Part shown: positions 19,604-28,815 of the stretch, in pieces
Numbering within the stretch: position 1 is the first letter of the stretch
Layout: each line of letters begins with the position of its first letter
Source: an uncultured virus (IMG/VR IMGVR_UViG_3300046780_000922)
Taxonomy: Duplodnaviria > Heunggongvirae > Uroviricota > Caudoviricetes
DNA: 64,000 nt
IMG/VR virus record: IMGVR_UViG_3300046780_000922
Direction: 5' to 3' (one strand)
Position numbers and translations under genes: made by a program
The notes under the pieces: model-generated
Database searches by the model: none
Seen by the model: only the letters and a program-made list of their open reading frames with translations
What the model was told of the DNA's origin: nothing

Positions 19604-19933
19604 ATGAGTTGGTGGAAGGGCACGCTGGTCGGTCTCGCCGCAGGTGGTCTCGTCGGCGGCATCCTCTGGTACTTCGCGCGCAAGAGCCTCGACGACGCCT
19701 TCCAGCAAGGCGCGCTCCAGCTCGCGAGCCAGCTCACCGGAGGCTCGGGCCAGCTGCAACAGCAGCTCCAGCAGGGCCAGCAACAGCTGCAAGCGCAGAT
19801 CGCGCGGGACGTACCCGGTCAGGTCCAGCAGACCATCCAGAGCACGCTCTCGAGCTACGGCATCACGCCGCAGATGGGCCAGCGCTTCGCCACGCTCGTG
19901 AACTACGCACAGAGCCACGGGATGATCTCGTGA
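19604..19933 (+). CDS. membrane protein
   Basis: N-terminal Gly-rich TM, Gln-rich helix, YGITP. Confidence 0.7.
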   Translation: MSWWKGTLVGLAAGGLVGGILWYFARKSLDDAFQQGALQLASQLTGGSGQLQQQLQQGQQQLQAQIARDVPGQVQQTIQSTLSSYGITPQMGQRFATLVNYAQSHGMIS

Positions 19934-20063
19934 TCCATTCATTTCTGCCATGCGAGAACTGTCCCTCACCGGTATCGCGAGGCAGCACGCTCTGCTCTGC
20001 GTGCATCGCTGCGGGCGTCAAGCCCAAGCAGAAGCAGCCAACCAAGCCGATCAAGGAGAGCAA

Positions 20064-20360
20064 GTGAACTACCTCCTCGGCGGCCTCACCGGTGGCGGGC
20101 TCGTCTTCGGCATCTTGCTCCTCATGAAGAAGCAAGAGCTGAACGACCGGGCTGCTCTGCTTCAACAGGGCTTCCAGAACCAAGGCTCGGGCACGCAGAT
20201 GCTCCTCGAGCTCCAGGGCTCGGAGATGCCCGCACAGCTCCAGGCCTACGCGAACCAGGTCGCGCAGTCGGCCGCGCAAGACACGCTCGCTCGCGTCTAC
20301 GGGATCACGCCGTCAGTCGTCCAGTCGCTCACGCGTCTGTCCTCTCGTCTCGGGCTCTAG
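20064..20360 (+). CDS. membrane protein, paralog of 19604-19933
   Basis: AAGGAG RBS, GTG start, Gly-rich TM, QQG, YGITP. Confidence 0.65.
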   Translation: MNYLLGGLTGGGLVFGILLLMKKQELNDRAALLQQGFQNQGSGTQMLLELQGSEMPAQLQAYANQVAQSAAQDTLARVYGITPSVVQSLTRLSSRLGL

Positions 20361-20368
20361 GAGGCTCC

Positions 20369-20740
20369 ATGCGCAAGATGTTGCTGGCCGTTGCATTGCT
20401 CTCTGGTTGCGGTGCAAACGCGATTACGGTAGCTGCCGAGGGCGACTCCTCGTTCGAGGTAGCGCATGCACGAGCGCTCGAACAGGTCGACATCGCTCGA
20501 CAGCGTGCGCTCACCGCGGCGGCCAGTCACGGCACGGCTGCGTTGCACGCGGAGACGGCGCGATGGCGACCACTCGCCGAGCTCAGTAACACCTTGCGTG
20601 ACGCCGAGGTGCTCTACACAGATGCCCTCGATGCGCAGCGGCGCCACGGTACACCGCTCGACCCGTCACTGCTCCCGCGCGCTGAGCAGCTGTTCGCTGA
20701 TCTCGTTGCCATGGCCCAATCGCTGGGAGTACGCCTGTGA
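20369..20740 (+). CDS. putative lipoprotein
   Basis: MRKMLLAVALLSGC lipobox; GGAGG RBS. Confidence 0.7.
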   Translation: MRKMLLAVALLSGCGANAITVAAEGDSSFEVAHARALEQVDIARQRALTAAASHGTAALHAETARWRPLAELSNTLRDAEVLYTDALDAQRRHGTPLDPSLLPRAEQLFADLVAMAQSLGVRL

Positions 20741-20961
20741 CCGCAGCCGAAGCTATTGCACTGATCGCCACGCTCGTGAAGGGCTTGATCGATGTGGTAA
20801 CCGAGCTCACCAAGGGCAACCTGACGCCCGAGCAGGCGATCGCGCGTGCTCGTGAACTGCATGCGTTGATCCCGGATGACGTCGCGCGGCTCGATGCCGA
20901 GGCAGCAGCGCTCGAAGCAGCAGCCGAGGCAGCCGACCTCGCCAAGCCCGCGGGCAGCTGA
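20737..20961 (+). CDS. small amphipathic helical protein
   Basis: Coupled to the lipoprotein gene. Confidence 0.55.
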   Translation: MTAAEAIALIATLVKGLIDVVTELTKGNLTPEQAIARARELHALIPDDVARLDAEAAALEAAAEAADLAKPAGS

Positions 20962-20970
20962 GCCGATGGC

Positions 20971-21261
20971 GTGCCCTCGCCGGATGACCACTTCGACGAG
21001 ACGACACGCGATCTTCGCCGCACGCTTTTTCTCGCCGAGACCCTCGAGCTGGTCGTCCTCGAGCTCGAGCGGGCTACCGCGTCCGAGCAACGAGACCAGC
21101 AAGTCCGCGCGGTCTTACACCGCTGGCTCGAGCAGGCCTGGAACGATGGCGCGCTTCGTGAGGCGGATCTCCGCAGTGCCGTGGGCCTTCTTCGGGCGCA
21201 GGTCGAGACCCTGAAGAAGAACTTGCACGCGGCGCTTCAGCGCATCTCAGATGGCCGGTAG
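20971..21261 (+). CDS. hypothetical protein
   Basis: ORF in operon orientation. Confidence 0.45.
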   Translation: MPSPDDHFDETTRDLRRTLFLAETLELVVLELERATASEQRDQQVRAVLHRWLEQAWNDGALREADLRSAVGLLRAQVETLKKNLHAALQRISDGR

Positions 21262-21295
21262 TTGTCCGCAATCGCTTCCTGCGCTATGAGGCCGG

Positions 21296-21898
21296 ATGCG
21301 AAACAACGATCGATACGTTGCTGGCTTCTTCGTCATCATCATCTCTTTCTGTCTCGGCTACTGCTCGGGCCTGATCGCGCATGCACATGCGCAAGATCGC
21401 GAGATGACGCCTGATCAGACCGCACTGGCCACGGCCTACTTGCGTGTCTTCATCGGCGAGGCCGGTTGGAACGCGAACGAGCATGCGGCGATCGCGCACA
21501 CCGTGCGCCGTCGTGCTGAGCGGCTCCAGATGCGACTCGGTTGGTCGGAGATCCAGACGCTCCGTGCCTACGCGCGTAACTCGCTCGGCCATCCGCACTC
21601 CGCGCGCTCGGTCTGGGTGACGTCACTCGAGCTTGGATGTGAGCAGCCGAACGGATGGCCTCGGCGCATCGCGTGGAGCATCTACAGAGGCTGGTGCCAG
21701 GCAGCGGCCGAGCGCGCCGTGGGTTGGGTGCGAGGCTACAACGTCATGATCGACCCGTGCCACGGACCGACCGAGCACTGGGGCGGCCCGGGCATCGCCA
21801 GAGATAGGGACCGCATGGGCCGCGCGCTCCTGAGCCGGCGCTGGCGGGTCGTGAACTGCGGCGAGACCTCGAACGTCTTTCTGGCGGTGGTCCCGTGA
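21296..21898 (+). CDS. putative SleB/Hydrolase_2-like cell wall hydrolase with N-terminal signal anchor
   Basis: N-terminal TM; LRVFIGEAG...AIAHTVRRR...DPCHGPTEHW pattern. Confidence 0.5.
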   Translation: MRNNDRYVAGFFVIIISFCLGYCSGLIAHAHAQDREMTPDQTALATAYLRVFIGEAGWNANEHAAIAHTVRRRAERLQMRLGWSEIQTLRAYARNSLGHPHSARSVWVTSLELGCEQPNGWPRRIAWSIYRGWCQAAAERAVGWVRGYNVMIDPCHGPTEHWGGPGIARDRDRMGRALLSRRWRVVNCGETSNVFLAVVP

Positions 21899-22821
21899 CC
21901 ACGAACGCAGCTGATGCGGTCGAAGAGGCGCTCGCACAGGCGCTCGTCCACGAGCTCAAGCTCGATCTCACCCGCGCGCGGTATATTGCTGGCTGCGCGC
22001 TCACTCAGGCGCGCTTCACGAGGAGTGATGACATGTACGGACTCGACGGCAAGGGACTCTTCGCGCGGGCGTGGGACGACAATCCGCCCGAGGTGCTCGC
22101 GGCCTACTTCAACTGGATCTGCGTGCCGGTCATCAACGAGGCCCGGCAGAAGGTGAACCGTCACCTCGACTTCTTCGCCAAGTGCAAGATCCTCGGGCTC
22201 GGTCTCTCGACGTTCGACTGGTTGCCCAAGCCCGAGAGCTGGCTCGATGGGCTCGAGGACGCGATCGCGTTCACAGCGGCAGCCGGCGCTTCTACCTATT
22301 TCATTGACGCTGAAGCGGCTTTCTTCCATCAGGGGACGGCTGCATCGGCGTTCGTGACGGCCGCGCGCGGCTTCTGCAACGCACACGGCATCCGGCTCGG
22401 TTTCACGAGCTACGGGGATCCCCACTGGGCGCCCGCGTTTCCTTGGGACCCGTTCTGCAAGCAGACCGACGTCTCGATCGCGCAGGCCTACGACATGGAC
22501 CACCAGCTCGTGGCCAACTACGCAGACCGTGCGATCCAGGGCTATCGCGACTTCGGCGCCCCGCGCGTCATCCTCGGCCGCGGGCTCTTCCGCAACGACC
22601 CCTCGGGGACACCGCACCCCCGCTGGCGGCACCCGGACGAGCTCCGCGCTCATCTGGCGCTCACCCCGCCGGGCGTGACGAGCGTGGCCTTCTGGCCGCC
22701 CGCGGGCAAGGTCCCGCAGCCGCTCCTTGACGAACTCTCGCACTGGAACGTGCCGGCAGCCGGCGGCGTGCGAGAAGCACTCTCGAACCTCACCCCCTTC
22801 GGCAAGCTCACGCGCGATTGA
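21895..22821 (+). CDS. putative TIM-barrel glycoside hydrolase (GH25-like lysin)
   Basis: YFIDAE (DxE), GFTSYG, FPW, QAY pattern; true start may be internal (MYGLDGKG). Confidence 0.5.
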   Translation: MTTNAADAVEEALAQALVHELKLDLTRARYIAGCALTQARFTRSDDMYGLDGKGLFARAWDDNPPEVLAAYFNWICVPVINEARQKVNRHLDFFAKCKILGLGLSTFDWLPKPESWLDGLEDAIAFTAAAGASTYFIDAEAAFFHQGTAASAFVTAARGFCNAHGIRLGFTSYGDPHWAPAFPWDPFCKQTDVSIAQAYDMDHQLVANYADRAIQGYRDFGAPRVILGRGLFRNDPSGTPHPRWRHPDELRAHLALTPPGVTSVAFWPPAGKVPQPLLDELSHWNVPAAGGVREALSNLTPFGKLTRD

Positions 22822-22903
22822 CAGCTTGGGGGGTGGGGTTGTAGGTTGGGGTTTCCTGTAGCAGGGTTTGTTCTGTCTGATCGAGTGCTCTGACCAGCAG
22901 GGG

Positions 22904-22940
22904 GAGGCCCGGGGCCGAAAGGCTTCGGGCTTCTTTCTTT
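22904..22940 (+). terminator. intrinsic terminator
   Basis: GAGGCCCGGGGCC-GAAA-GGCTTCGGGCTTC followed by TTTCTTT. Confidence 0.75.
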
Positions 22941-22985
22941 GGACAACCGCAAGGCCTGTTGCTACCATCTCCCACGGAGGTTCAA

Positions 22986-24347
22986 ATGCGAAGACTGATT
23001 GCGGTGTTGATCTGTCTCTTGATGGCGTGCGCCGGTCCTGATCCTGACGTGGTTGCAGGTGCGCCCGCAGGTCTGAGCGATGGCGATTTGGTGAGGTTTC
23101 TGCACGGCCGCGATCTCTTCTTCAACGAGACGTTCGGCGGTAACGGCCGCACGTGCAGCTCGTGCCACCTCCGGCGAAACATCGCCGAGAACTTCGATTT
23201 CAGTCCGGCCGATGCACAAGCGATCTTCGCAGAAGACCCCACCAATCCGCTCTTTCGTGCGATCGACTCGGACGACGGCGCTGGCGCCGACTACGGCCTG
23301 CTCCTGAATCACGCGCTCGCGCACATCCCGCTCACGCTGCCGGCAAACATCACGGTGGACGAGACCAGTTCACCGCTCGTGCGCCACAACGCGGACGGCA
23401 CGACGACCGTCGTCGTCTTCCGTTCGACCCCGACCGTCGAGAACATCGCGCTCGAAGAGAACATCATGTGGGACGGGCGGTTCCACCACTCGCTCCATGA
23501 TCAGGCGATCGGCGCGGTCAACACGCACTATCAGCCCACACGGCAGCCCACGGACGTCGAAGCGAACGACATCGGCTTCTTTCAAGACTTCGCGTTCACG
23601 CAGCTCTCGACGGCCATCTTTGCAGCGGGTGGCCCGGCGCCCACGTTACCGACTGTCCCAGCTGGCGTGAGCCACGACTCAGCACGCCGTGGCCGCAACT
23701 TCTTCGTGTCGATGGCTGTCGTGCCTGGTGCGCCGGTTCGCGGTGGGCACTGCGCGACGTGTCATAGCGGACCGATGCTCGACACGACCAACGCCTTCAA
23801 TCCCGTCCAGCAAGCCGGCCAGCAGCGCACGAACAACTTCGTGAGCGAGGTCAACGCGCCCTCGCCGGTCTTCCCGCCAGGAACGCGCTTCGGTATCGGC
23901 CTGCCCGAGCTCACCTACCGCATTACGCTGCTCCATCCGGTCTTCATGCCTGACGGCATCCCGTTCCCGATTCCGCCGGGCACGCCGCTCTTTCCGCCAG
24001 GCCTGACGTTCACCGTCCGTTCGAGCGACCTCGGAACGCTCTATACGACGGGCGATCCGTGCGAGGCCCCGCTTGCGTGTTTGATCAACAGCGACCCCAC
24101 AACAGGACGCCTCGGCACGGTGTCCTTCTTCAAGACGCCCACGCTTTGGGGCACGGCTGATAGCGCGCCCTATTTCCACAACAACAGCGCTGATCAGCTC
24201 GAAGATGTGCTCGAGCACTACCAGACGTCGCTCTTCACGCTGACCGCGCTCGGCACGAGCAATCCAGCTTGGCTGCTCACCGAACAAGAAGAAGCGGACA
24301 TCGTGGCTTACATGCGCTTCGCATTCCGCCGCGCAACGATCTTTTGA
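22986..24347 (+). CDS. di-haem cytochrome c lipoprotein (cytochrome c peroxidase/MauG-like)
   Basis: Lipobox LMAC; CSSCH and CATCH haem motifs; MWDGR; FKTPTLWG...APYFHN. Confidence 0.88.
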   Translation: MRRLIAVLICLLMACAGPDPDVVAGAPAGLSDGDLVRFLHGRDLFFNETFGGNGRTCSSCHLRRNIAENFDFSPADAQAIFAEDPTNPLFRAIDSDDGAGADYGLLLNHALAHIPLTLPANITVDETSSPLVRHNADGTTTVVVFRSTPTVENIALEENIMWDGRFHHSLHDQAIGAVNTHYQPTRQPTDVEANDIGFFQDFAFTQLSTAIFAAGGPAPTLPTVPAGVSHDSARRGRNFFVSMAVVPGAPVRGGHCATCHSGPMLDTTNAFNPVQQAGQQRTNNFVSEVNAPSPVFPPGTRFGIGLPELTYRITLLHPVFMPDGIPFPIPPGTPLFPPGLTFTVRSSDLGTLYTTGDPCEAPLACLINSDPTTGRLGTVSFFKTPTLWGTADSAPYFHNNSADQLEDVLEHYQTSLFTLTALGTSNPAWLLTEQEEADIVAYMRFAFRRATIF

Positions 24348-24357
24348 TCAGCGGCTG

Positions 24358-24398
24358 AAAGAAGAGGGCCGGCTCACTGAGCTGGCCCTCTTCTTTTT
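24358..24398 (+). terminator. bidirectional intrinsic terminator
   Basis: AAAGAAGAGGGCCGGCTCA / TGAGCTGGCCCTCTTCTTT inverted repeat with T tract. Confidence 0.8.
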
Positions 24399-24444
24399 GT
24401 GGTGCTACTCTCGATCGCGAGGCAGATCGAAACGAGGCTGATCA

Positions 24445-25494
24445 ATGGCGAGAGTTCCGACGGTCGACAAGCGCAAGAACAAGGATGACGAGCTCGGGCC
24501 GGCCGCAAAGGTCGCCACCTCGACGCTCAAGCCACGCGAGGGCGGATCTCACGTCGTGCCCCCGGCCTCGAAAGCCAGTAAGCCCGCCGGCCCGCCGCTC
24601 GCTTTCGAGGTGAAGGCCGACCCCGAGGCCACGACCAAGGTCGTCGTCCAAACTACGAACCTCGCGCCCGCTTCGTCAGAGGCCGCTGCCCGCGGTGAGT
24701 TCGTGATGCTCGACCGCTGGTGCGCGGCCTGCTGTGCCGGCCTCTGGGAGACCACGATGCCTGGTGGCCGTGCCGTGACCGTCTGCCGAAACCTCTCGTG
24801 CGCCTTCGTGAAGGCGGCCAAGCCTGGCGAGGAGCCCCTGTCGCTCAACTTCGAGCAGGCTGTAGAGGAGCTTTGCGCGCACGATGCTCGCGGGGGCGAC
24901 ATCGAGAAGGACATCCTTGCTCCACACTGGCTCAGAGATGCAGCGGCCTGGCTCGACTGCACCGAGGATGCAATCAACGGATCTGCGGCCTACACAGCAG
25001 CTCTGAACGAAGCGAGCGCTCTCGGTCTCGAGTTGCACGACCCGAAGACCGGTGGGCCGATCGAGATCGGTCTCAAGACAGGGGCCCCGTTCGATCGCCT
25101 GCGCGAGGTCATCCAGCAGTTCACCGCCGGCCCCGTCGTCGAGCGCACAGATGGGGCCAAGACCTGGCCTGGCAATCTAGAGGCGGTGCTTGCCGCAGTC
25201 GGTCTCTATCCACCGACAGCACAGCCGACGCTTGCCGAGGCACAACACAGGATCCTCGGCCCCACGCAAGAGGCGCAGAAGCTCGATCTCTACGCGCCGG
25301 ACCCGATCCCCATGCTCCTCTGGTGCCCGAGCTGCTGCGAGCGCCACATCGACACGGGCTCGTTCGCCACCGAGAGTCATCACACGCATGCTTGTCAGGC
25401 CTGCGGCATGGTCTGGCGCCCGGCGGTCGTGGCCACGGTCGGAGTGCAGTTCCTCCCCGGCTTCAAGAACGAGGGGTGGAGGGGTGAGCCGTGA
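24445..25494 (+). CDS. hypothetical protein with Cys/His zinc-binding motifs
   Basis: CAAC, CPSC...H...HHTHACQAC. Confidence 0.7.
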   Translation: MARVPTVDKRKNKDDELGPAAKVATSTLKPREGGSHVVPPASKASKPAGPPLAFEVKADPEATTKVVVQTTNLAPASSEAAARGEFVMLDRWCAACCAGLWETTMPGGRAVTVCRNLSCAFVKAAKPGEEPLSLNFEQAVEELCAHDARGGDIEKDILAPHWLRDAAAWLDCTEDAINGSAAYTAALNEASALGLELHDPKTGGPIEIGLKTGAPFDRLREVIQQFTAGPVVERTDGAKTWPGNLEAVLAAVGLYPPTAQPTLAEAQHRILGPTQEAQKLDLYAPDPIPMLLWCPSCCERHIDTGSFATESHHTHACQACGMVWRPAVVATVGVQFLPGFKNEGWRGEP

Positions 25495-25877
25495 GCATGC
25501 TCGAGTACATGCCGTGCGTGCTAGAAGCCTGGGCCACCTGGGAGTGCCTGCGCCGGCTCGGGTTCGCCGCTGACGACCTGTTCTGGATCGTCGGCAACAC
25601 CGTCAACGCGATCGGTGGTTCGGGGCTTACCCTGAGCATCGTCCTGCGCACGCAGGGCAAGCAGTTCTCCATCACGTGCTCGCCGCGCCTCTCGGATGCG
25701 GAGGTTATGCAGCTGCGTAGCGAGCTCGCACCGTTCCAAGAGAAGATCGCGCAAGGCTCTTTCGACGAGGCGCAGATGCAAGAGGTCTTCGAGGCATCTT
25801 TCGTCTGGCGCAACAAGGTCGATCTGCTCTTCGCTCTGGAAGCCAAGGGCTTTCGCATTCCACTCGGATCGAACTAA
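25491..25877 (+). CDS. hypothetical protein
   Basis: Coupled ORF. Confidence 0.6.
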   Translation: MSMLEYMPCVLEAWATWECLRRLGFAADDLFWIVGNTVNAIGGSGLTLSIVLRTQGKQFSITCSPRLSDAEVMQLRSELAPFQEKIAQGSFDEAQMQEVFEASFVWRNKVDLLFALEAKGFRIPLGSN

Positions 25878-26128
25878 TGGCGATCAAGTTCAACGAGCTG
25901 GCGTGGCTCACCGATGAAGAGCGCCTCGAGCTCGGCATGATGCGATGGAGCGAAGAAACGCAGCTCTGGCTCTTCCCCGCCACTTGGTACGACCAGATCC
26001 CCGAGGGGTTCGAGGTCATCACCATCAACAAACAAATCCGCAAGTTCAAGCACGGCAAGGCCGATCGCGATCAGCGCTTCGGCATGCTGGCTTACGGCAT
26101 CGTCGCCAGACGGATTGATCTGCAATGA
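25877..26128 (+). CDS. hypothetical protein
   Basis: TAATG coupling. Confidence 0.6.
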   Translation: MAIKFNELAWLTDEERLELGMMRWSEETQLWLFPATWYDQIPEGFEVITINKQIRKFKHGKADRDQRFGMLAYGIVARRIDLQ

Positions 26129-26502
26129 GACTCTCGACTCGCAAGGCGATGCTGCTGCGTGGCGAGGACCGCGAACTGCGCCATCACGGCAGCTACCGCT
26201 ACAAGAACCTCTCGCACGAGAGCGGCGTGCGCCGGGCAGTTCGACGGCGTCTCCACCGACTCGAGCGCCGGCTCGCGCGTCTGACACCCGTCGATGCGAT
26301 GCTCATCTACGCCGAGGCTTTCGTGTACGAGGAGCGGGAGATCGATCGCGATCACGAAGAGTTCGCGATGATGAAGCTTCTCGCTGCCGAAACTGCGCGC
26401 GACGTCGAGCTCGATAACTGGCTCGAGTACCAGGGCATCGGCACGGGCTACGACGACTACGAGCCCTACGACTGGCGCGATGACGCACCCTGGCTCGACT
26501 GA
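26125..26502 (+). CDS. hypothetical protein
   Basis: ATGA coupling; acidic C-terminus. Confidence 0.55.
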   Translation: MRLSTRKAMLLRGEDRELRHHGSYRYKNLSHESGVRRAVRRRLHRLERRLARLTPVDAMLIYAEAFVYEEREIDRDHEEFAMMKLLAAETARDVELDNWLEYQGIGTGYDDYEPYDWRDDAPWLD

Positions 26503-26530
26503 CCCCCTGCTCTCGCGCTAGTCTCTGGGC

Positions 26531-26752
26531 ATGCGCGGCAGTCACGGACAGAAGCGGCTCCAGGCGATAGGCCTCGTCGGGGGCGGCCTGCTCTCCGCAG
26601 CCACCATCGCGCTCTACGCGACCGGACGCACCCGCGAAGCGGCAGCGCTGGCCATCACCGGGTCACTGCTCGCCGCGGTCTTCGGCGTCGCCCGCATCTT
26701 CTCCGCGGGCTACGAGATCACCATCTCGGACGACCCTCGGCCGGGCGTCTAG
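26531..26752 (+). CDS. small two-TM membrane protein
   Basis: Two hydrophobic helices; last + strand gene before the convergence point. Confidence 0.55.
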   Translation: MRGSHGQKRLQAIGLVGGGLLSAATIALYATGRTREAAALAITGSLLAAVFGVARIFSAGYEITISDDPRPGV

Positions 26753-27309
26753 TCTCGAGCGTAGGCGCTTGTAAGGAAGCCCTCGACGCGGGCGATCGCC
26801 TCTGAGACTTCTTGCTCTTGCACGGTCGATGTCTGGCGAAGCGCGTCGAGCAGGTCAGCCAAGCGCCGAGAGGCGTCGATGCGCTGCTGGCGCGAGCAGC
26901 CGCCTGTGAGTGCGCGCTTCTCGCCGTTGTTCATCTCGATGTAGAGACGCCAGATGTTGCCGACCTTGCCGAAGTTCAAGCATTGCGAGTCGGGCTTGGT
27001 AGGATCGAGCGCAACGCGTGCAGTGACGCCAGGTACCAGGTCGTGGAGCCGGTCCTCGGCGTGCTCCAGCATCTCAGTGAGACGATCTGTGAGCTGGTCG
27101 AGCTGCGTCGGCGGTTCCTCGAGAGCCTTGCGGTGAGCTGCGATTGCCGAGGCCTCGAGATCAGGATCCCGTGACCGGTCCCTCCACCGCGTAAATGCAT
27201 GCTGCTCTACCAGGCGCGTGCGGCACACTCTGCAAGTCACTTGATCAGGCGACGGCGCCTGCTCACCTTGGTTGATGCAATCGGCGTAAGCACAAAGGAC
27301 GCTGCTCAC
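26749..27309 (-). CDS. hypothetical protein
   Basis: N-terminal Cys pairs; coupled ORF. Confidence 0.55.
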   Translation of the reverse strand: MSSVLCAYADCINQGEQAPSPDQVTCRVCRTRLVEQHAFTRWRDRSRDPDLEASAIAAHRKALEEPPTQLDQLTDRLTEMLEHAEDRLHDLVPGVTARVALDPTKPDSQCLNFGKVGNIWRLYIEMNNGEKRALTGGCSRQQRIDASRRLADLLDALRQTSTVQEQEVSEAIARVEGFLTSAYARD

Positions 27310-27587
27310 TTCTTCCTCTCGATCAGTGTGTAGATGAAGGTGGTGCCTTGCACGCCCCCGTGCACGCGATCGGTCATCTCGAGATAGCCGCGCTTCCGCA
27401 GATTACCGAGCCGACCAGAGAGCTGGCTGAAAATCAGATGCGGCTGCTCTTTCAGGATCGCACGGGCTGTCAGCGTGACGCCCTTGCTCCGCAGTCGACG
27501 GCAAGCATCTAGCGTCTCTTGGAGTGCGGGAGTGAGCGGCGGGTGTCCAGTGCCGTGGCAGTAGGGACAGACGTAGGTATCAGTCAT
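27306..27587 (-). CDS. zinc-ribbon/winged-helix DNA-binding protein
   Basis: CPYCHG; LSGRLGNLRKRGYL. Confidence 0.55.
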   Translation of the reverse strand: MTDTYVCPYCHGTGHPPLTPALQETLDACRRLRSKGVTLTARAILKEQPHLIFSQLSGRLGNLRKRGYLEMTDRVHGGVQGTTFIYTLIERKK

Positions 27588-28468
27588 CTCGCTTTGCCTC
27601 CGAGCTGGTTGTGGAACTTGTCCATCGCGATCGCGACGTCTTCGTGACGCTCCTCGTCGAGATACTTCTGCGTGACGACGATGGACGAGTGGCCGAGCAT
27701 CTGCTGGACGGTCGCCAGGTCGACCCCGCCGCGTAGGGCGGCCACGGCTGCCGTTCGGCGGAGGCGATGGGTGTGCAAGCGCCCATCGGCCTCGAGCTCC
27801 TCGCCGAGCTCCTTGAGCCGGCGTAGCAAGCGCTGGTAGGCCGCCCGGTAGGGGTGGTGCTGGAGCTGCCGATTCAGCCGGTGCTGGCTCTTCGGGATGA
27901 GCGCCTCGGCGAGCGTGCCCTCGCGAATCTCCATGCCCGTGAGCTGGTCGTGGAGCTTCTGCGCGGCCTCGAGCAGCGGGCCTTGGCCGAGGAGTAGCCA
28001 GCGCATCTTTCCGCCCTTGGCCGTGACCAGGAGCGGTCGGCCGACCAACGCGGCCTCGGCGAGGTTCTTGCGCTCGATTCGGAGCACGTCCCCGGCCCGC
28101 AGGCCGGTCAACTGCGCCAGCTCTAGCAGACGGTCCTCGAGCTTCTCCGAGCCCTGTAGACGGGCGAGCAAGGCCTGCCAATCAGCAGGCTCGAAGCTCC
28201 GCGCGTCGTACTTGCGCACGCTCGGCCGATGCGCGGCCGGCGAGCGGCTCTCGAGCAGAGCATCCCAGCCCGGCGGGAGCGCCTCGCCAGCCTCAGCGGC
28301 CCACTTGGCGATGCGCCTCGCCGCGTAGCGCTGGTTGTGACCTAGCGCGTCTGGCGTCTCGAGATGGCGCTCGATCGTCCCCAGGTCCACGATCGTCTGA
28401 TACGCCGTCGTCTCGGCGTAGTGCTTGTGGAGCCACTTCTCGAGGCTCTTCTGTGCTCCGGGGGTCAT
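27584..28468 (-). CDS. tyrosine recombinase/integrase
   Basis: Catalytic set R (GLRAGD), K (KGGK), H-x-x-R (HRLRR), H (LGHS), Y (TQKY). Confidence 0.92.
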   Translation of the reverse strand: MTPGAQKSLEKWLHKHYAETTAYQTIVDLGTIERHLETPDALGHNQRYAARRIAKWAAEAGEALPPGWDALLESRSPAAHRPSVRKYDARSFEPADWQALLARLQGSEKLEDRLLELAQLTGLRAGDVLRIERKNLAEAALVGRPLLVTAKGGKMRWLLLGQGPLLEAAQKLHDQLTGMEIREGTLAEALIPKSQHRLNRQLQHHPYRAAYQRLLRRLKELGEELEADGRLHTHRLRRTAAVAALRGGVDLATVQQMLGHSSIVVTQKYLDEERHEDVAIAMDKFHNQLGGKAR

Positions 28469-28815
28469 CCGCAACCGATCGTGGCGTTGGGGTGCTTGAG
28501 GCAAGCAGCACGTAGCTGGCTGAGCCAGACCAGCACGCCCGTCACGCTGCCCCAGCCATTCTTTGGTTCGCGATCCTCGAGCGCATCGTGGTCGCGCTTG
28601 ATGGTCTCCATCGCGGTCCGAAGGAACGGGAGCGCGATGGAAGCGCGGGCGCCTTGGAGCACGAAGCGCGGACAGCCGGGCTCGTTCGGCATGTACACCT
28701 CGAGCCCGCCATGTGCGAGCGCGTAGTGCATGTTGTAGGTGAGATTCCAGCTCTCGGTGATGCGCGCCGGGTACTCCCCGCCCGTGTCGATCTCTAGCCA
28801 GGCATCGTAGCTCAT
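28465..28815 (-). CDS. hypothetical phage protein
   Basis: MSYD...NLTYN...PKNGWGS pattern. Confidence 0.65.
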   Translation of the reverse strand: MSYDAWLEIDTGGEYPARITESWNLTYNMHYALAHGGLEVYMPNEPGCPRFVLQGARASIALPFLRTAMETIKRDHDALEDREPKNGWGSVTGVLVWLSQLRAACLKHPNATIGCG

